From the NCBI GenBank assembly GCA_050633245.1, contig JBOEGD010000020.1, positions 173,492-237,491 on the forward strand: a stretch of DNA of 64,000 bases, given 5' to 3'. The notes beneath the pieces are model-generated. The model ran no database searches, was not told where the DNA came from, and worked only from the letters and a program-made list of their open reading frames with translations. The stretch is from Calditrichia bacterium. GTDB lineage: Bacteria; Calditrichota; Calditrichia; RBG-13-44-9; J075. Both the position numbers and the translations under genes were made by a program. Below are positions 41,939 to 52,335 of this stretch, piece by piece. The stretch's first letter is position 1. Each line of letters opens with the position of its first letter.

Positions 41939-43705
41939 CTATATTCGAGCCTGATAGGTATAAAGGCGATGGTATCGTCCTTCGCGTGCTATCAATTCAT
42001 CATGCGTGCCGCGCTCGACGATTTTTCCTTCTTCAATAACTAAAATCTGAGTTGCCTGACGAATGGTGCTCAGGCGGTGAGCAATTACGAAGGTTGTTCT
42101 TCCCTTCATTAGCTCGGCCAAACTTTTCTGGATATACGACTCACTTTCGGTGTCCAGATTAGATGTTGCTTCGTCCAGAATCAGAATCTTCGGGTTTGCT
42201 AAAATGGCTCGCGCAATAGCTACACGCTGACGTTGTCCGCCTGAAAGCTTCACACCTCTTTCGCCGATTAGGGTTTCAAGGCCCTGTTCGAAACGTCCGG
42301 TAAACTCATTTACATAAGCCGACTCCACGGCGTTTTGCAGCTCTTGTTCGTTTGCGTCGGGGCGGGCAAATAAGATGTTCTCGCGAATCGTTCCCTCGAA
42401 CAAGAAATCGTCTTGAAGAACCACGCCAAGATGTTTACGATAGCTCCCCAATGTGGCTTCAGCCATGTCGATGTTATCTACTAAAACACGTCCGCGCTCA
42501 GGTTGTAAGAATGAGGCAGCCAATCCGGCAATTGTTGTCTTACCAGACCCGGAACTCCCCACAAGGGCGGTTACCGACCCGGCCGGAGCCTCGAAGTTTA
42601 TGTCGTGCAATACTTCAGTATCTTCTTCGTAAGAGAAGTGAACACTGTCGAATACGATGTCACCCTTAAAGTCTCCCAGATCGAGAACCCTGCTATCATC
42701 ATCGGCTTCACGAGGTTCGCTTAGAATCTCGTCCATTCGATCCAGCCCGGCAAATGCCTCGGTCATCTGACTTCCGATATTGCTCATCTGAACGATTGGC
42801 GCAATAAGGAAACCGAGATAAAGCGTAAATGCAAAGAAGTCTCCAATGCTCATCGAGCCTTCCAAAATTAGAGAGCCTCCAGCCCACATTACTACAACGC
42901 TGGCCAAGCCTAAAAGCAGCGTGGCAGAACTGGTTACCAGGCTGGTAGAGGTGAGAGATTGTTTTACATTCTGAAACAGCTTATCTACACCATTTTCAAA
43001 AACGGTAACTTCCTGTTCTTCTGCATTAAAGCCTTTTATGACACGAATACCATTGAGTGATTCGGTTAGTCTGCCGGTAACTTCTGCATTGATGGCACCG
43101 CGCATACGAAATATTGGGCGGATGTATCCAAAGGCCTTAAGTGAAACGAAACCGAAAATAATCATCGGGACAATAACGTAGATTGTCATACTGACATTGA
43201 TATTCAACAGTAATCCCATCGCGACAAAGGCAGTGAGTACACCACCAAAGAGTTGTACCAAGCCGGTTCCGACCAAGTTTCTTACTCCCTCGACGTCTGT
43301 CATTATACGCGATACGAGCTCGCCTGATTTCGTATTGTCAAAAAAACGCAGTGGCAAATGAATAATACGCTGTTGCACTTTGGCGCGTAATTTGGCAATA
43401 AGATTCTGTGCCTCAACGCTGAGTAACTTTGTAAGAAAAAACGAGGTGACGGCCTGAACTACAATTGCAAGTGCAACAACCAATAGCAGCGGCGTGAGCA
43501 GTTCGGTATTCTTTGGGGTAATAATATCGTCAATCAATATCTTGCTTGCACCGGGCAGAACCAGGCCTGACAGGCGATTGATAACAATAAGAATAAGGCC
43601 GACGAACAACAGCTTTCTTCTCGGCCAAATAATCGTTTTGAAGGCATAGCGAACCGTTGAAAGCCGCCCCTTCTTCTCATCGTGGCCAATTTCATTGTCA
43701 GACAT
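41939..43705 (-). CDS. ABC exporter, fused permease/ATPase (MsbA/Sav1866-like)
   Basis: Six-TM domain with GSSGSGKT, LSGGQRQR, LDEATSNLD and AHRLST motifs. Confidence 0.93.
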   Translation of the reverse strand: MSDNEIGHDEKKGRLSTVRYAFKTIIWPRRKLLFVGLILIVINRLSGLVLPGASKILIDDIITPKNTELLTPLLLVVALAIVVQAVTSFFLTKLLSVEAQNLIAKLRAKVQQRIIHLPLRFFDNTKSGELVSRIMTDVEGVRNLVGTGLVQLFGGVLTAFVAMGLLLNINVSMTIYVIVPMIIFGFVSLKAFGYIRPIFRMRGAINAEVTGRLTESLNGIRVIKGFNAEEQEVTVFENGVDKLFQNVKQSLTSTSLVTSSATLLLGLASVVVMWAGGSLILEGSMSIGDFFAFTLYLGFLIAPIVQMSNIGSQMTEAFAGLDRMDEILSEPREADDDSRVLDLGDFKGDIVFDSVHFSYEEDTEVLHDINFEAPAGSVTALVGSSGSGKTTIAGLAASFLQPERGRVLVDNIDMAEATLGSYRKHLGVVLQDDFLFEGTIRENILFARPDANEQELQNAVESAYVNEFTGRFEQGLETLIGERGVKLSGGQRQRVAIARAILANPKILILDEATSNLDTESESYIQKSLAELMKGRTTFVIAHRLSTIRQATQILVIEEGKIVERGTHDELIAREGRYHRLYTYQARI

Positions 43706-43809
43706 GATTTTCCTTTGGAATAATTTTACTACGAACCCGCTTATATGATGTTTAGCTAAGGAAAAGGGGACAGAATTTGCGAAGAAAATGTAAAGCGCTA
43801 ATTTTCAAA

Positions 43810-46032
43810 TCAGCGCCTTACGTCAAAAGAGCGTGTTCTGCTGTTACCGGCATTATCGGTCACGACAATTTTAACAACGTGTTTTCCACGTGGAATATGC
43901 CGCTTATGAATATAGACAAGCCGTTCTTCAGGGTCATACTCGAATAGTGACCATCGCCCATCGATGCGAACTTGAATTTGTGTTTCGCGATAAATACCAG
44001 ACATCTCGTCGCGAACTGAAAAGGTCAGACGGGTTACGGAGCCACCACTTTCGTTAAACCGGGACAGATTTATCGGGCGCAGGGATGGTGCTATCGTGTC
44101 TTTTAAAGCGACAAATTTTTCGAGACTGAGAATCTTTGCGCTGAATGTGCGGACTCCATCAAATTCCGATGGAAGGAATTTCCAACTTTTTCTGCGGCGA
44201 TCTTTGTAATACAAACCTACGCCTTTTTGTCGGGCAATATCATCTGGCAGAGTCATGCGAATTCTGGCACCATTGTTCAACGGCGCATCAAATGGCTCAA
44301 CGGTATACACATCGGACAGATAGGGATAATTCCGAGATAAGCGTGTCGTTGGTGAAGAGCGGAAAATCGCTGCGTGCAAGCTATCATAGCTGGCATTCTG
44401 GTTAAACTCAACTCGTACCACATCATCTGATGAACGGACTACGCGCTGTTGCTGTGGAGCAATTGCCTGCCAGTGTTTCGCTTCGCTCGAGATGAATTCA
44501 AAATCAGGATAGCGCTTGGTATAAGATGCAAGTGAGGTTGTATTCATTTGAGTTAAATATTCCAGGGGACGATAGCGGTAGCTGGTAATTTTACCGCTCA
44601 ACGGATCGGGCAATGGCACATTACTTCGAATAAGAACCTGATTACCAAAAAACTTCAGGCGAGCCCGCGGAACGATATTCTCCTGCGCTTGGCTGTGTTT
44701 AAGGCTGTCTGTAAAAATTACTACCGGAAGTGCGGGATCGGTTGCTGCTCCGAAAGCTGTTATGCGATAATAGGATTGTGCAGTGGTGTGACGATGTGGA
44801 ATAATAACATGATAAAAATTCTCGCCCTTTGCCTTCTGCTTAAATTCCAGCTCGGCATTATTTACGGCTCGAATGATTTTGCCATTACGATTCAGGCGCT
44901 CAACCTTGAACTCCTCAAATCGTTCTTTGGATTTAAATGCAACCAGATAGCCCTCGTCGATACGAACCGTATTATAAACTTCCGGCATAACCGGGGAATG
45001 GTAAATAATGGTCATCCGGACTTCATGCAAATTGTTGTTGAAATCATAAACGCGAAAGACAACATCATTTTTACCATTGCGCAGGGTCTTTGCAGAGAGG
45101 AGTCCACCACCGGTTGCAGTGTTCTTATAAAACGGCAGCTTGTTGGCCGGGTGTTTATAAAAGTTATGATAAACGCGATAGCCCTTTCGGTGAAGTGAAA
45201 AGTTTTTGTCCACCTCAATTAACCGGGTCTCATTATAGTTGAATCTATTATAGGCTATTTTATAGACCGTCGAATCGTTTATAAGCATTTCAGCACGATA
45301 TAGATCAAAACCATTGCTTGCGCCATTTGCAAGATCGAAGCTGCGCAGGGCGATGTAGGCCTTCCCGGTAAGATAAACAGGCTTTTCAATTTCTGTTTTA
45401 CTGCTTTGCTTTATCGGTAAAATAAGCGTATCCGGCTGAAAGTTTACAAGCGTCCCGGAGCTTTGTGGGATAACCGCCATAAACTTACTTTTGGGCGTAA
45501 TTGTATCTTCAACCTGGTCGCTATAAAAACGCAGCGGGTTTATTGGATGATGGCTGGAGTTGCGGATCTCGAAATGAAGATGCGGAACGCCGATTCCGGT
45601 TTCCCCGGTGTAGCCCAGAAAGTCTCCCTTTTTTACAGGAAAGCGCTTGGCCTTCGGATAGGTATCGAGAATGTTGCTACGATTGGCTATGCGAACAGAG
45701 TCTGAATATGCATTTAACGCGGTATTGAACCCGTCAAGATGAGCATATACCACGTAGTTGCCGTCATTCAAATGAAGATAGAGTGCTTTTCCGTAACCGG
45801 TTGCCGCTACTCGAATGCGATATACATAACCATCTTCGATAGCAAAAATCTTATAGCCCGTTTTTTGCCACGTCTTTATATCAATAGCTGCATGATAATG
45901 CCGGGGACGAAATTCACAAAAGTTACTGGTTATCAGCTTGCTGGCATCGGTGGGCCAGAGATAACTCTGGGCTGTTATACTAAATGAGGATGCGAGTAAT
46001 ACGAGAAAAATAACGTGCTGTATTTGCTTCAT
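43810..46032 (-). CDS. Large secreted M23-family metallopeptidase
   Basis: HAAID (HxxxD), YAHL and PHLHFE motifs, a signal peptide and an Ig-like C-terminus. Confidence 0.88.
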   Translation of the reverse strand: MKQIQHVIFLVLLASSFSITAQSYLWPTDASKLITSNFCEFRPRHYHAAIDIKTWQKTGYKIFAIEDGYVYRIRVAATGYGKALYLHLNDGNYVVYAHLDGFNTALNAYSDSVRIANRSNILDTYPKAKRFPVKKGDFLGYTGETGIGVPHLHFEIRNSSHHPINPLRFYSDQVEDTITPKSKFMAVIPQSSGTLVNFQPDTLILPIKQSSKTEIEKPVYLTGKAYIALRSFDLANGASNGFDLYRAEMLINDSTVYKIAYNRFNYNETRLIEVDKNFSLHRKGYRVYHNFYKHPANKLPFYKNTATGGGLLSAKTLRNGKNDVVFRVYDFNNNLHEVRMTIIYHSPVMPEVYNTVRIDEGYLVAFKSKERFEEFKVERLNRNGKIIRAVNNAELEFKQKAKGENFYHVIIPHRHTTAQSYYRITAFGAATDPALPVVIFTDSLKHSQAQENIVPRARLKFFGNQVLIRSNVPLPDPLSGKITSYRYRPLEYLTQMNTTSLASYTKRYPDFEFISSEAKHWQAIAPQQQRVVRSSDDVVRVEFNQNASYDSLHAAIFRSSPTTRLSRNYPYLSDVYTVEPFDAPLNNGARIRMTLPDDIARQKGVGLYYKDRRRKSWKFLPSEFDGVRTFSAKILSLEKFVALKDTIAPSLRPINLSRFNESGGSVTRLTFSVRDEMSGIYRETQIQVRIDGRWSLFEYDPEERLVYIHKRHIPRGKHVVKIVVTDNAGNSRTRSFDVRR

Positions 46033-46474
46033 GTGCCGCTTTCTAATCTTGACCACACAGAGTGGTTGTAATAATTTCGGAGAATATCCGGTAAATGTCG
46101 AATATATCCATTATCGAGAGATTTTCCAACAAGCTTTATGGCAGAATTTGGCATAAAATCGCCTTAGAGCTTTGCAATCTATTGTGTCGAGGATGAAAGA
46201 TTGTGAACGGTTGCACAGCATGGTCGACGATTAACTGAAAGTTCAGTCATGTTCTGAAAATAAAATAGTTCTCAGAGCTTCTGTTAAAGAGTGGAGCCAT
46301 TTTTAGAACTGTGAAACTAATCTCTACTTTTCAATGTAAAATGAGACGTTCACGCATTCTATGAGCGTTGCGGGATTAAACACTTGATCCAACATACCGT
46401 TCATAGTTATTATCTTATGCTTTTATTTTAGTCTATGTATTTAATCCCATTCTATACGATAGGAACTATCTATA

Positions 46475-48712
46475 ATGATACGCAAACGTCTGTTAGGCCT
46501 ATTGCTGCTCTTAGGCCTTTTGCTGCCGCTTTCTGCGCAGGAGAACGCTGCATTAATTGGCTATATATCCGATTCCGGATCGGGAGAAACACTAATTCAG
46601 GCTAATATTTATACGCTTGAAACACTTGAAGGCGCAACAACCAATACCAGTGGTTATTATACCATTCCAGATTTAAAACCAGGTTCATATACTATTGTTG
46701 CCAGCTACATCGGCTATAGAGATTTCAGCAAGAAAATTACGCTATCTGCCGGTGAGCGCCTTCGTCTTGATGTTGAAATGCAACCGAGCTATGTTGAAGG
46801 CGAGGAAGTTATTGTTGAGGCTGAATTGTCCATCGATGAGGAAAAACCTGTTGGCTTGGTAACAGTGCCCCAGGCGCTCATTAAAGAGCTGCCGAAAGTT
46901 CTGGAGGCTGACTTATTTCGCTCTATCCAGTTACTACCCGGTATTAAGGCTGCCTCGGATTTTTCCAGCGGGCTTTATATTCGCGGTGGAAGTCCGGATC
47001 AAACGTTGATTTTGCTGGACCGAACCACGGTTTATAATCCGTCGCACTTTTTTGGTTTCTTTTCGACCTTCAACCCGGACGCAATAAAAGATGTGCAGAT
47101 TTATAAAGGCGGATACCCTGCTGAATATGGCGGGCGACTCGGTGCTGTCGTTGATATCTATAATCGTGCCGGAAACCGCAAAGAGTTTCAAGGCCGCGCT
47201 TCGGTTGGTCTGTTGGCCTCCCGACTGAATTTGGAAGGACCACTGCCCAAAGGGTCCTGGATGGTTGCGGGAAGACGTTCAACGCTGGAGCCGGTTTTGG
47301 CTGTGGTGCGTAAAAATGTCGATAATGTGCCGGATCAGTTTTACTTTTACGACTTTAATGGGAAGCTCAATTTTGATCCGACTCCAAATGATCGCTTAAA
47401 CATCGCTTTCTATACCGGAAAAGACCTTGTTGCCTTCCCGATTACGGATAACTCGGAAATAAATCTGGATTACGGAAATGCAACAGTCAGCAGTAGCTGG
47501 ACACATGTATTTTCAAAGAAAATATTCTCGAATTTCACGGGTACTTATTCGCGCTATTTCAGCACGCCCGATATCAGCATCGAAAATACCACCTTTGAGC
47601 GCGAGAATATTGTTGAAGACCTCTCCCTGAAGGGGGATCTCGAATATGTTGTGAATAAAAAACACTCTTTGCAGGGTGGCTTTTGGGCAGGTAATCTGGA
47701 CTATGAAATAGAAGAACGTTTCGACGGCATGGATACATTTCAGGAGTTCAATACTGGTAACTATGCGTCTCTCTATCTACAGGATGTGTGGCGCCCCAAT
47801 CCGCTGTGGAAGATAACCGCCGGCGTACGTGCAAACTATTTTAGCGCCGGAGATTATACCCGTTATGAGCCACGTTTGGCAATGGAATATATTTATTCCC
47901 GCGATATGGTCTTCCAGCTGGCCTATGGCCGCTACTATCAGTTTTTGACGCTGGTAACAAATGAAGCGTTTACGGCGTTCGATACCTGGCTAACCGTGGA
48001 TGAGGGAGTGCCGCCATCGTTTGGCGATCAGTTTGTCTTCGGATTTAAGAATCGCCTGAACGATACCTACAATCTGGATGTCGAGTTGTATTATAGAACG
48101 ATGAAAGATCTGTTTCGCATCGACCCGTTTGTAAATGACCTTGCCGGTGTAGACTATAAAGATTGGTTTATTTTTGGAGAAGGATTTGCAACCGGCGCAG
48201 AGTTTTTCTTGCAGAAGAGTAAGGGACGCTTCAATGGCTTTATCGGCTATACGCTTGGTTTAAGTCGGTTAAAGTACCCGGAACTAAATGGCGGTGATTA
48301 CTTCTCTCCTAAATACGATCGTACCCACGACTTAAACATTGTTGCCAACTATGATCTAACAAAGCAGTGGAAAGTAACCGGTGTTTTTTCCTATGCAACG
48401 GGGCAGGCCTATACGCAGGCACTTGGCAACTACGAAATTAATCCACCAACATCATCTGACTCTCGTTTCCCATTGATTGTGGATAATTTTAACGGTGCGC
48501 GCTTACCGGCGTATAACCGCCTGGATATCGGTTTTACCCGGATAGGTAAGCTTTGGGGTCAGAAATATCAGCTGCAATTGCAGGCAATTAATGTGTATTC
48601 ACGACGCAATGTGTGGTTCTATCAGTATGATTTCGACGATAATCCCATAACTCGCGAAGACGTTGTAATGTTGCCGATTATTCCGAGCGTTTCGTTTACG
48701 CTGGACTTCTAA
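46475..48712 (+). CDS. TonB-dependent receptor
   Basis: Signal peptide, QLLPGI, YIRGGSPDQ, YNPSHFFGFFS, YPAEYGGRL and C-terminal F. Confidence 0.9.
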   Translation: MIRKRLLGLLLLLGLLLPLSAQENAALIGYISDSGSGETLIQANIYTLETLEGATTNTSGYYTIPDLKPGSYTIVASYIGYRDFSKKITLSAGERLRLDVEMQPSYVEGEEVIVEAELSIDEEKPVGLVTVPQALIKELPKVLEADLFRSIQLLPGIKAASDFSSGLYIRGGSPDQTLILLDRTTVYNPSHFFGFFSTFNPDAIKDVQIYKGGYPAEYGGRLGAVVDIYNRAGNRKEFQGRASVGLLASRLNLEGPLPKGSWMVAGRRSTLEPVLAVVRKNVDNVPDQFYFYDFNGKLNFDPTPNDRLNIAFYTGKDLVAFPITDNSEINLDYGNATVSSSWTHVFSKKIFSNFTGTYSRYFSTPDISIENTTFERENIVEDLSLKGDLEYVVNKKHSLQGGFWAGNLDYEIEERFDGMDTFQEFNTGNYASLYLQDVWRPNPLWKITAGVRANYFSAGDYTRYEPRLAMEYIYSRDMVFQLAYGRYYQFLTLVTNEAFTAFDTWLTVDEGVPPSFGDQFVFGFKNRLNDTYNLDVELYYRTMKDLFRIDPFVNDLAGVDYKDWFIFGEGFATGAEFFLQKSKGRFNGFIGYTLGLSRLKYPELNGGDYFSPKYDRTHDLNIVANYDLTKQWKVTGVFSYATGQAYTQALGNYEINPPTSSDSRFPLIVDNFNGARLPAYNRLDIGFTRIGKLWGQKYQLQLQAINVYSRRNVWFYQYDFDDNPITREDVVMLPIIPSVSFTLDF

Positions 48713-48748
48713 TCTATGAAATTAATGAAACTCCTTCAGGAGAATGAT

Positions 48749-49633
48749 ATGATAAAAAAGATGTTTTTAGTGTTGGCTCTTGTTCTCGCAAGCGGCTGTA
48801 GTCTGGTTGAAAGCGACACATTCGAGTCGGAGTATGTTGTTGAAAGTTATTTGTTTGCCGGTGACCCGCTACCTGACATTCGTTTGTCGCAAACTGTTCC
48901 CTTTGGAACAGCCTATGTTTTCGAGCAGCAAGCCGTCGCAAATGCGACCGTCGAATTATCTCTGCTCGCCAGCGACAATTCTATCGAACAAACCTTTGCT
49001 TATGCCATGGGCGATCGTGGCATCTATCAAAGTAGCGGTGCAGCAGTTGTGCAACCACAGCGAAGCTATCGGCTGCGCATAACCTTTCCGGATGATGAAA
49101 CGGTTGTGACGTCTACAACGACAATTCCTGATACCTTTAGCATTATCACAGCCTCTACGGACACGGTGATTTTTGCCTCAACCGAGCGGCTGGAGATTGA
49201 CGTTACCGAAAGTGTTTTCCCGGGGCGTCAGAATATCTTTATCTTTTCTACGGAAGCTTTTGATGTCAGCCTCGACAACCTCACTCCGCTTCTCGATGAG
49301 TTTTTTGATGAGGAAGAAGACGATCTGGAAGAATTTCGCATTAATGAGTCCCCTCCGATTAATGAGGGAAATTACGACCGCAATCCTGACGGATCACTAA
49401 CCATTAACCTGCCCTGGATTGCCATTAACTTTTATGGAGCTAACCGTATCCGCGCGACCGCGATTGATGACAATATTCTGGACTTTGTGCAGAGCGTCTC
49501 GACGCAAACTCAGGGGTCGACGCTATCTCCGGGGGAGGTACCTAACATTATTGACAATATTGAAAACGGCACCGGTGTATTCGGTAGCTACGCGCTGGTT
49601 GAAACAGACCTCTTTGTGAAGCGACCCTTTTAA
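48749..49633 (+). CDS. DUF4249-like lipoprotein partner of the TBDR
   Basis: Lipobox LASGC, YVVESYL and C-terminal NIENGTGVFG; directly follows the TBDR. Confidence 0.75.
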   Translation: MIKKMFLVLALVLASGCSLVESDTFESEYVVESYLFAGDPLPDIRLSQTVPFGTAYVFEQQAVANATVELSLLASDNSIEQTFAYAMGDRGIYQSSGAAVVQPQRSYRLRITFPDDETVVTSTTTIPDTFSIITASTDTVIFASTERLEIDVTESVFPGRQNIFIFSTEAFDVSLDNLTPLLDEFFDEEEDDLEEFRINESPPINEGNYDRNPDGSLTINLPWIAINFYGANRIRATAIDDNILDFVQSVSTQTQGSTLSPGEVPNIIDNIENGTGVFGSYALVETDLFVKRPF

Positions 49634-49731
49634 ACATTATTGATATTTTTATTGAGCATTCAGTGCGCTGCAAGCTATTCTTGCGGCGCACTTTTTTTGT
49701 GAAAAAATAAAGTTTAATGCAATTGAAAAAA

Positions 49732-49760
49732 AATGTTGCGACATTATGTGTCTATACATA
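49732..49760. promoter_or_regulatory. Candidate MarR operator(s)
   Basis: Adjacent imperfect palindromes AATGTTGCGACATT and TATGT-N6-ACATA about 30 nt upstream of marR. Confidence 0.4.
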
Positions 49761-49790
49761 TATTGTCGGGGAATATAAATAAAAGAAGAC

Positions 49791-50240
49791 ATGGAACTGG
49801 AAAAAGAAATCAAACAGAAGCGTTTTCGCAGCGAATACCACAAGCTGGTGCTGAATATTGTTTATACAGGAAACTGGATTAGCACAAATAACATGCAGTG
49901 GCTGCGAAAGTTTGGACTGTCTTCTCAACAGTATAATATTTTACGAATCTTACGGGGCCAACATCCTAATCCTGCAACCGGGAACTTATTAAAGGATAGA
50001 ATGTTGGACAAAATGTCTAATACATCTCGTTTGGTAGAGAAGCTGCGTCTGAAAAATCTTGTTGAACGCAAAACCTGCCCCAAAGATCGACGAGCGGTAG
50101 ACATCATTATTACAGATGAAGGAATGAAGCTGTTGCAAAAAATCGATGAGCATGAACATGAGTGGGTTAATCAATTTGCAACGCTGTCTGAGGCCGAAAC
50201 AAAGACCCTGAATACTTTATTGGATAAGCTAAGGGGCTAG
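49791..50240 (+). CDS. MarR-family transcriptional regulator
   Basis: QQYNILRILRG, SNTSRLVEKL and DRRAVDIIIT motifs. Confidence 0.92.
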   Translation: MELEKEIKQKRFRSEYHKLVLNIVYTGNWISTNNMQWLRKFGLSSQQYNILRILRGQHPNPATGNLLKDRMLDKMSNTSRLVEKLRLKNLVERKTCPKDRRAVDIIITDEGMKLLQKIDEHEHEWVNQFATLSEAETKTLNTLLDKLRG

Positions 50241-50298
50241 ACACATACATATGAAAATCAACACACCTAACTAATATTTTTTTCAAGGAGATTTATTT

Positions 50299-50889
50299 AT
50301 GAAACGTTTTATCGCAATTTTTATGATGGCTGCTTTTTTAGCACCAGCTTTGTTGGCTCAAACTTACAATGTAGATGCTGCCAAAAGCACACTTGGTTGG
50401 ACAGGTGAAAAAGTAACCGGAGCTCATAATGGTACTGTTGCTATCAGCAGTGGCATGATGAAAATGGATGACGAGAAGGCATTGTCCGGCGAGTTTGCCA
50501 TTGATATGACGAGCATTAACTGCCTGGATATCGATAATGAAGAGTATAATGGCAAGTTAGTTGGACACCTGAAATCGGATGATTTCTTTTCTGTCGCAAG
50601 CCATCCTACTGCAACATTTGAAATTACCCGTGCTATTGAGTTTGAAGGCGACGGCGCAAACCACCGCGTGTTCGGTAAGTTGACCATTAAGGGAATCACT
50701 AACGAGATCTCTTTTCCTGCTCAGATCGATTTTACCGATGCCGGTTTTACTGCAAAAGCTAACTTCACCATCGATCGTTCCAAGTGGAATGTAAAGTATG
50801 GTTCCGGTAGTTTCTTCGACGCTCTGGGTGACAAGCTTATCTATGACGACATCAAGTTTGACCTGAACCTGACGGGCTCCAAGGGCTAA
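50299..50889 (+). CDS. YceI-family lipid/polyisoprenoid-binding protein
   Basis: Signal peptide, WTGEKVTGAHNG, GHLKSDDFF, LTIKGIT and IDRSKWNVKYGS motifs. Confidence 0.92.
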   Translation: MKRFIAIFMMAAFLAPALLAQTYNVDAAKSTLGWTGEKVTGAHNGTVAISSGMMKMDDEKALSGEFAIDMTSINCLDIDNEEYNGKLVGHLKSDDFFSVASHPTATFEITRAIEFEGDGANHRVFGKLTIKGITNEISFPAQIDFTDAGFTAKANFTIDRSKWNVKYGSGSFFDALGDKLIYDDIKFDLNLTGSKG

Positions 50890-50915
50890 TCAATCCGTTC
50901 AGTCGCAACTAATTT

Positions 50916-50954
50916 GCGCGCCTCTGCAGTATTGCAGGGGCGCGTTTTTTTTTT
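50916..50954 (+). terminator. Intrinsic terminator
   Basis: GCGCGCCTCTGCA-GTAT-TGCAGGGGCGCGT followed by a long T-run. Confidence 0.85.
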
Positions 50955-50962
50955 GCGCTCAC

Positions 50963-52051
50963 TTAAAAAAGCACCTCCACGATCTTCTCAGCGACAAAGG
51001 AATGTGCTGCTGCAGACCAATGATGGTCATTAGGAAAACGAAAGATCGGCCGACCGCTTGCTTGCGCAGCCATTTTTGGTAACGGATCGAAATAGTTCAT
51101 CTGAAGCGAATCGCAGTAGGCCTTTACCACCGCATTGTAATTTTGCTCGAGCAAACTGAAAGAGCCATCTGTTTCCTGGTGATTAACTAATAATACCAAC
51201 AAGTCTGTCTCGAACTGTTTCGATAGCGCGTCGATTTCTGCAAGTTCTTCAAGAAGTGGTCGAACTATGGGTTTTAGTATGTGCGGTTCGGGAGGCACAG
51301 CGCGTTGTCTTTTTCGAACGATGCTTCTACGCATGTTGTGATAAACTTTTATTAAGTGAGCACCAAAGTAAAAGTGTTCATCCAGCCAAATATCGAGTTT
51401 GCGAAGCCAGGGAGTTTTGAATGGGCTCACCAGCATGCCGTCATTCACCAGGCGGATATCAGCGATGCTATTTTTACCTACCGCCATACCATTAAAATAA
51501 GTATATGGGGATTCCACCCGCCAGTAGCGCGAGGCGTATACGCCGACAATTAGAGCTTCCGGCTGAACAATGGGGAGCAACTCTTCAATATGTTGCCGAA
51601 TTTGTCTTAGTCCATACCCGGATACTCCTGCATTAAGCACGCGCTTCTTATTAGTCAGTCTTGCCTGCAATTGTGCAGGCCATGCTTCAGCCTGTTCTAC
51701 TCCGAACCCCGCAGTAAAGGAATTTCCCACTGCAAGTATAGATACTGGAACCAGAGAATCGAGCATGGCGTCCCGCAGCCCGATGCTGTTGGTTTTTATT
51801 GAGACGCTATAATCTTGCGCAATCATTTTACCCTCAAAATTCGGTGCGTAGGCATATTCACGTTCCGGATGCGGAATAAGAAGGCCCTCCGGTTGCTCAG
51901 GAGGAAAAAGGATATAACCAGGTCTGGAAAGCAGGGAACGAGTCAATACCTCTGCCAAGGCAAGAATGACAGCTAAAATAATGATGCTAAAAATAACTTT
52001 ATTCCGTAGCGAAGGAGCTTGTGTTTTCGGTCCTTTTTTTTGCGTACTCAT
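50963..52051 (-). CDS. Membrane-anchored SGNH/GDSL-type hydrolase
   Basis: N-terminal TM, TNSIGLRD, VGNSFTAG (block I), NAGVSGYG and DHHWSAAAH; I placed the start at MSTQKK. Confidence 0.8.
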   Translation of the reverse strand: MSTQKKGPKTQAPSLRNKVIFSIIILAVILALAEVLTRSLLSRPGYILFPPEQPEGLLIPHPEREYAYAPNFEGKMIAQDYSVSIKTNSIGLRDAMLDSLVPVSILAVGNSFTAGFGVEQAEAWPAQLQARLTNKKRVLNAGVSGYGLRQIRQHIEELLPIVQPEALIVGVYASRYWRVESPYTYFNGMAVGKNSIADIRLVNDGMLVSPFKTPWLRKLDIWLDEHFYFGAHLIKVYHNMRRSIVRKRQRAVPPEPHILKPIVRPLLEELAEIDALSKQFETDLLVLLVNHQETDGSFSLLEQNYNAVVKAYCDSLQMNYFDPLPKMAAQASGRPIFRFPNDHHWSAAAHSFVAEKIVEVLF

Positions 52052-52258
52052 ACTACGGGGTGTTCCATGCTGTTTAACCGTCGGTTTATCCACAAACATA
52101 CGGTTTGGCATAAAGCGAACCAAGAAAAATCGGCGTACCGCATTGCGCAATTGCCTGTACCGCACGGTACAAGCGGCATAAGTGAACTAACAACGACTAA
52201 AAGGAGTTTTTTTTCTAAGCGCCTGATTCCACTGAGTTTGAGCTGCCCTCCCTGCTTT

Positions 52259-52273
52259 TGGCACCGTGCTTGC
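52259..52273 (+). promoter_or_regulatory. Sigma54 (-24/-12) promoter
   Basis: TGGCAC-CGTGC-TTGC has the exact consensus spacing and lies about 60 nt upstream of the ORF at 52336. Confidence 0.7.
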
Positions 52274-52335
52274 CTAAGTAGTGGGCATCATGGTTATCAC
52301 AAAAAACATTTCAATCTCAACTCAGGAGTTACATT

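Noticed and set aside
41930-41950. Convergent kinase and ABC genes with abutting stop codons
   Set aside because: This is common in compact genomes, and there is no independent evidence of antisense regulation.
46057-46474. Long divergent intergenic region as a possible ncRNA or riboswitch
   Set aside because: I could not recognise a convincing stem set, terminator or riboswitch consensus.
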